DNA from: Firmicutes bacterium UBA2058
GTDB lineage: Bacteria > Bacillota > Clostridia > Tissierellales > Sedimentibacteraceae
Direction of reading: 5' to 3'
NCBI GenBank assembly: GCA_002332905.1
Contig: DDAM01000012.1
Location: 106 to 64,105, forward strand
Length of the DNA stretch: 64,000 nt
Shown piece by piece: positions 59,709 to 64,000 of the stretch (the first letter of the stretch is position 1; each line of letters opens with the position of its first letter). Position numbers and translations under genes: made by a program. The notes beneath the pieces are model-generated. The model searched no databases. It worked only from the letters and a program-made list of their open reading frames with translations, and was not told the DNA's origin.

Positions 59709-61019
59709 CTACGAGTTTAAATACTCCATAAACTTTTTCATTCTCGCTTCATAGCCTGATTCCTTAGGCTCATAGAAATTACCTTTTACTCCATCAGGTA
59801 AATATTGCTGCTTAACATAAAACTTATTATAATCATGAGGATATTTATAGCCTATACCATGCTCAAGTCTTTGAGCACCCTTATAGCTAGCATCTCTTAG
59901 ATGATTAGGTACTTCATTTGAACACTTTTCTATAGCTACTAAAGCCTTATCCAAAGCTAAATATGATGAATTACTTTTTGGCGCACATGCTATATACACA
60001 ACAGCCTGCGCTAATATAATTCTACCCTCTGGCATACCTATAATTTCAATGGCCTTAAAGGCATTAACTGCTACCTCTAATGCTCTAGGATCTGCATTTC
60101 CTACATCCTCTGAAGCGCTTATTATAATTCTTCTAGCTATAAATTTTGGATCTTCTCCACCCTTTATCATCTTGGCTAACCAAAATATTGCTGCATCAGG
60201 ATCAGAACCTCTTAAGCTTTTAATAAATGCTGAAATAGTGTCATAATGTTCGTCACCTTTCTTATCATATGTTACCTTTTTACTTTGTATGCTTTCCTCC
60301 GCAACATCAACAGTAAAATTTATGAGATTATTTTCGTCTAGCTCTGTAGTAGTTATACCAATCTCAAGTGCGCTTAACGCCTTTCTAACATCGCCATTTG
60401 AGTTATTGACAATATGTTCAAGAGAACCATCCTCAACATGAATATTTAGATTCCCATAGCCTCTTTCTTTATCAGCTATAGCTTTCAATAAAACCTCTTT
60501 AATATCATCATCAGTTATTTTTTTAAACTCAAAAACTAGTGATCTTGAAATAAGAGCTGAATTAACTTCAAAATAAGGATTTTCAGTAGTTGCACCAATT
60601 AAAACTATAGTGCCGTTTTCAACATAAGGAAGCAAAGCGTCCTGTTGGGCTTTATTAAATCTATGAATTTCATCAACAAACAGTATAGTACGCTTGTTGT
60701 ACATAGAAAGACAGTTAATTGCATCATCAATTTTTTCTTTAATATCCTTTATGCCACTAGTAACTGCATTAAGTGTTGTAAAATTATTATCAGTTGTTTT
60801 TGCAATTATCTTAGTAAGAGTTGTTTTACCTGTACCAGGAGGTCCATAAAAAATCGCAGATGTTAGCTTGTCTGCTTGTATTGCACGATTTAATATTTTG
60901 CCTTTCCCTACTATGTGTTTTTGTCCAACAAAATAGTCTAAACTATCAGGTCTCATTCTTTCAGCTAAGGGTCCTAAGCTTTTAATTGCTTTATTATACT
61001 GCATTTCAAAAATATTCAT
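59709..61019 (-). CDS. rarA: Replication-associated recombination protein A
   Basis: PLAERMRP, GPPGTGKTT, DEIHRFNKAQQD, SAFIKSLRGSD. Confidence 0.96.
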   Translation of the reverse strand: MNIFEMQYNKAIKSLGPLAERMRPDSLDYFVGQKHIVGKGKILNRAIQADKLTSAIFYGPPGTGKTTLTKIIAKTTDNNFTTLNAVTSGIKDIKEKIDDAINCLSMYNKRTILFVDEIHRFNKAQQDALLPYVENGTIVLIGATTENPYFEVNSALISRSLVFEFKKITDDDIKEVLLKAIADKERGYGNLNIHVEDGSLEHIVNNSNGDVRKALSALEIGITTTELDENNLINFTVDVAEESIQSKKVTYDKKGDEHYDTISAFIKSLRGSDPDAAIFWLAKMIKGGEDPKFIARRIIISASEDVGNADPRALEVAVNAFKAIEIIGMPEGRIILAQAVVYIACAPKSNSSYLALDKALVAIEKCSNEVPNHLRDASYKGAQRLEHGIGYKYPHDYNKFYVKQQYLPDGVKGNFYEPKESGYEARMKKFMEYLNS

Positions 61020-61029
61020 AAGACTATCC

Positions 61030-61473
61030 CTAATGGCTCAATGTAATTGAGGCTATTTTATCAATTTTTCTTAAAATTACATATTTAAAACTTTTTTTAG
61101 ATGTTTCCATTCTATCATATTTTCTTAAAATAAAAAATGATAACGCTAACGACAAAATTCCAAGCAATGCCGCATAAAGTTGTCCCTTTTCACCCTTAAT
61201 TAAAAAACTTACTAAAAATATAACTGCTACCATAATTGCAAGAGGAACTCCATATAAAACAAATGAGTATTTTAACACGTTTACATCCTCTGAAAAAATT
61301 TCAACTTCATCACCCACTGCAATATTAGGGATCGTATCTGCTTTTACTTCAACTATTGGAACCTTACAAGCAACACTACAACCTGCACAATTATCACCAC
61401 ATGAAGATGCTCTTCTAACAGAAACTATTGTAGTCTTATCATTTATACTTTTTACTGTACCAATTTGATTCAT
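61030..61473 (-). CDS. RseC/MucC family protein
   Basis: RASSCGDNCAGC, VGDEV, LYGVPL. Confidence 0.88.
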   Translation of the reverse strand: MNQIGTVKSINDKTTIVSVRRASSCGDNCAGCSVACKVPIVEVKADTIPNIAVGDEVEIFSEDVNVLKYSFVLYGVPLAIMVAVIFLVSFLIKGEKGQLYAALLGILSLALSFFILRKYDRMETSKKSFKYVILRKIDKIASITLSH

Positions 61474-61484
61474 AATAATCTATT

Positions 61485-61557
61485 CTCCATAAATTTGATG
61501 AAGAATCGTTTTTTGATTCTTCCATAGTGTGAAAGTTCATTACACACTTTTCACTTC
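61485..61557 (-). repeat. Family 1 partial copy E
   Basis: GAAGAATCGTTTTTTGATTCTTC versus GAAAAATCGTTTTTTGATTTTTC at 48100. Confidence 0.7.
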
Positions 61558-62247
61558 TTTTGCTATTTGATTTACTACGTACGAAGCAAGCATAAGTCCA
61601 GCAGTTGCTGGAACAAATGGTGTACTTCCAAGAGTATTTGTTTCATTATTTCTAATTATTTCTTCGGTAGAAAAAACTACAGGAAGCTTTTCTACATTTC
61701 TTTTTTTAAGCTCATATCTAAGCTTTTTAGCAAGTGGACATACTGAAGTTTTCTTGATATCAGAAATCTGAAGCTTTTCAGGATGTACCTTTTTAAGAGT
61801 TCCCATACTGCTAATAATCTTTATACCATTATTATAACAGAATTCTATTAAACTAATCTTAGCTTTTACATCATCAATTGCATCTATAACAAAATCAATA
61901 TCCTTTGTTATATACCTTGGGATAGTTTCATCAGTTAACTTATCCTTAATAACTGTAACCTTAGCATTTTTATTAATTTTATATACATTATTTTGTATGT
62001 TATCAGCTTTACTCATGCCAACTTTATCAAGTGTAGAGTGCAATTGTCGATTTAAATTAGTTATATCATAAACATCGAAATCAATCAATACTATATTATC
62101 AATAAAGCTTCTTGTAATGGCTTCAGCAGCGTAGCTACCAACCCCACCAAGTCCGGCAATCAAAACCTTAGAATTTTTAAGTTTTTCTAAAGTCTCATCG
62201 CCATATATTATTCTTAATCTTTGTTTTTCGTCATTCAAAATTATCAC
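61540..62247 (-). CDS. ThiF-family tRNA threonylcarbamoyladenosine dehydratase (TcdA-like)
   Basis: GLGGVGS, TNLNRQ, DAID, T.VCPLAK, VVFSTE. Confidence 0.9.
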   Translation of the reverse strand: MIILNDEKQRLRIIYGDETLEKLKNSKVLIAGLGGVGSYAAEAITRSFIDNIVLIDFDVYDITNLNRQLHSTLDKVGMSKADNIQNNVYKINKNAKVTVIKDKLTDETIPRYITKDIDFVIDAIDDVKAKISLIEFCYNNGIKIISSMGTLKKVHPEKLQISDIKKTSVCPLAKKLRYELKKRNVEKLPVVFSTEEIIRNNETNTLGSTPFVPATAGLMLASYVVNQIAKEVKSV

Positions 62248-62498
62248 CTAATAAATTTATTTACAATTAAAGTATAAACGAATTTTATTATACTATTCTT
62301 AGTATTAAAATTCCAAATAAATTTTAATATCACTAATTAAATTTTCAAAAGTATATTAACCTCAACCTATACTTATGTTTATTGTTGTTTTGTACATATC
62401 TATAATATCATTAGAAATTTTATTTATCAACAAGTTTATAAAAAACAAGTTATAAGAAAAAAGATAGCTTTTAAAATTTGCTATCTTTTGAAATCAAT

Positions 62499-63617
62499 TT
62501 ATTTTAATTTGAATCTAAGCAGTGCAGGATTATGGTCAGAATATTCAAAATCTGCATCGATATTTTTAGCAGTTGCTTCAATATTGTCTGAAACTATAAA
62601 TCCATCAAGAACTGAAGAATAGTTAATTCCTTTTGCATATGGTATATCTGTACTTCTACAAGTTGGAACTTCATTATAATTTTCTGCTACCACAATACTA
62701 AAGCCTTCTGTCAAGTTTTCATTATCTAGAGTATATACCCATTCAGGTATCTGTTGTTCTGACTTAAATTTACCAGCCATCCCAGCTATATCATGGTTAA
62801 AGTCTCCTCCAACTATAACGTAATTACCCTTGTCATATTCCTCTTTCATTACACTATTGATAAGTTCTAGCTGTTTTTCTCTAATAAGTCCACCCTCGTC
62901 ATATGCAGACATATGAGAATTAATAAGCACCAGTTCTTTACCATTCTCAACTGGCAATCTTGAAACTAAAAAACATCTATCAAGGTCAAAAAATTTAGTA
63001 AAAAAGCTTTCATCTATAGGATATTTTCTTCTAATGTTTTCATCTATTTTATATTTGCTTAATGTTAATACTCCACTGTTTGCAATACCATGAGGCTCAT
63101 TAAATGGATATAGCATATAAGATGAATGAAAATTAACTGCATACACAGATGAATATTTAGGGAATGAACTTATGGAGAATGAATTCTCTATCATCTCATA
63201 TTGATTTACATTATGACTCCTTGTAGATTTGGTATCTACCTCTTGAAATAGATAAAAATCCGCAGATTCATTTTTAGAAACATCAATAGTTCCATTGGTA
63301 TTTGTTAAAACTACTTCCTTACTTTTAGCTACAGAATCAGATCCCGAAACCTCAGTACCATCGTTCATTACTCCACTATCCATAAAAAATGAAAATTCAT
63401 GATTATAAGCACCGAATCCTATATTATAGGTTAATGCTGTATATTCTTCTGACAACTTCAAGACTTCAGTTTGTGGATTGTTAGTTTCTATAGCCAAAAA
63501 ATCATCTATTCTGTAATAATTGACACTCATGTATACAACGTAGCCTATTACAAAAATCGTAACAAATGAAATTAGTGCTGTCAAAATCCATGCAAATATC
63601 TTAATAGATTTAATCAT
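62499..63617 (-). CDS. Membrane-anchored endonuclease/exonuclease/phosphatase family protein
   Basis: TYNIGFG, FQEVD, GGDFN, SDHNP. Confidence 0.9.
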   Translation of the reverse strand: MIKSIKIFAWILTALISFVTIFVIGYVVYMSVNYYRIDDFLAIETNNPQTEVLKLSEEYTALTYNIGFGAYNHEFSFFMDSGVMNDGTEVSGSDSVAKSKEVVLTNTNGTIDVSKNESADFYLFQEVDTKSTRSHNVNQYEMIENSFSISSFPKYSSVYAVNFHSSYMLYPFNEPHGIANSGVLTLSKYKIDENIRRKYPIDESFFTKFFDLDRCFLVSRLPVENGKELVLINSHMSAYDEGGLIREKQLELINSVMKEEYDKGNYVIVGGDFNHDIAGMAGKFKSEQQIPEWVYTLDNENLTEGFSIVVAENYNEVPTCRSTDIPYAKGINYSSVLDGFIVSDNIEATAKNIDADFEYSDHNPALLRFKLK

Positions 63618-63620
63618 AGT

Positions 63621-63688
63621 TACCTCCACTACTCCGCTTCGCGGCGTCACAGAATATATAAAGTGAAATACATTTCACTCTTTACTCC
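63621..63688 (-). repeat. Family 1 repeat, copy D
   Basis: ACTCCGC-TTC-GCGGCGT, GTGAAA..TTTCAC, TTCACTCTTTACTCC shared with copy C. Confidence 0.75.
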
Positions 63689-64000
63689 TCTATATTTACT
63701 TTTATAGATAACTCCTTAAGCTGTTTGTCTGTTGCTGCACTAGGTGCATTTGTCATTAAGCATGATGCACTTTGAGTTTTAGGGAACGCAATAACGTCTC
63801 TTATATTATCAGTCTCTGTCATAATCATTGTAAATCTGTCCATGCCATATGCAATTCCTCCATGAGGTGGAACACCATATTTGAAAGCTTCTAGTAAGAA
63901 ACCGAATTTTTCATTAGCTTCTTCCTCACTTAAGCCTAACGCTCTAAACATCCTATTTTGAAGAGTGCTGTTGTTAATCCTTATACTCCCTCCGCCAATC
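63682..64000 (-). CDS. aspS: Aspartate--tRNA ligase, 3' part (truncated by window edge)
   Basis: [41 protein letters not shown]. Confidence 0.96.
   Translation of the reverse strand, partial: IGGGSIRINNSTLQNRMFRALGLSEEEANEKFGFLLEAFKYGVPPHGGIAYGMDRFTMIMTETDNIRDVIAFPKTQSASCLMTNAPSAATDKQLKELSIKVNIEE

Noticed and set aside
605..60866. Many short antisense ORFs in the track (e.g. 1700-1927, 21059-21583, 38894-39391, 44436-44855)
   Set aside because: They lie opposite well-supported genes, lack RBSs and show shadow-frame composition
1..64000. CRISPR array, tRNA or rRNA genes
   Set aside because: No regularly spaced repeat-spacer units, cloverleaf-like segments or GC-rich rRNA-like tracts noticed by eye

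Overview
AT-rich window from a spore-forming low-GC Firmicute (Clostridia/Tissierellia-like). The right part (38.8-64 kb) is a conserved housekeeping block: aspS, tcdA-like, rseC, rarA, Rrf2-iscS-nifU-mnmA-alaS-ireB-ruvX-rnj-mltG-O-methyltransferase-U32-udk, ending at an intact sigK. The left part is accessory. Its main feature is a 9-gene minus-strand RiPP cluster (934-10683). It encodes a 61-aa precursor with a hydrophobic core ending in Thr, an ABC exporter, a class I methyltransferase, a stand-alone RRE/PqqD, two B12-type radical SAM enzymes, an RRE-radical SAM-SPASM enzyme, a class III aminotransferase and a 68-aa unknown. The logic resembles daptides, but there is no dehydrogenase, so a radical SAM may replace it (inference). 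Other observations: a leader-peptide attenuator upstream of mgtE; a lactococcin-972-like islet bracketed by a duplicated mgtE 3' end; an exact 56-bp duplicate of the sigK 5' end; two intergenic hairpin repeat families with covarying stems next to ribosome-binding sites; a stand-alone TIR gene; an HD-CHAP fusion; and many gene fragments. All calls come from reading motifs by eye; no database searches were run.
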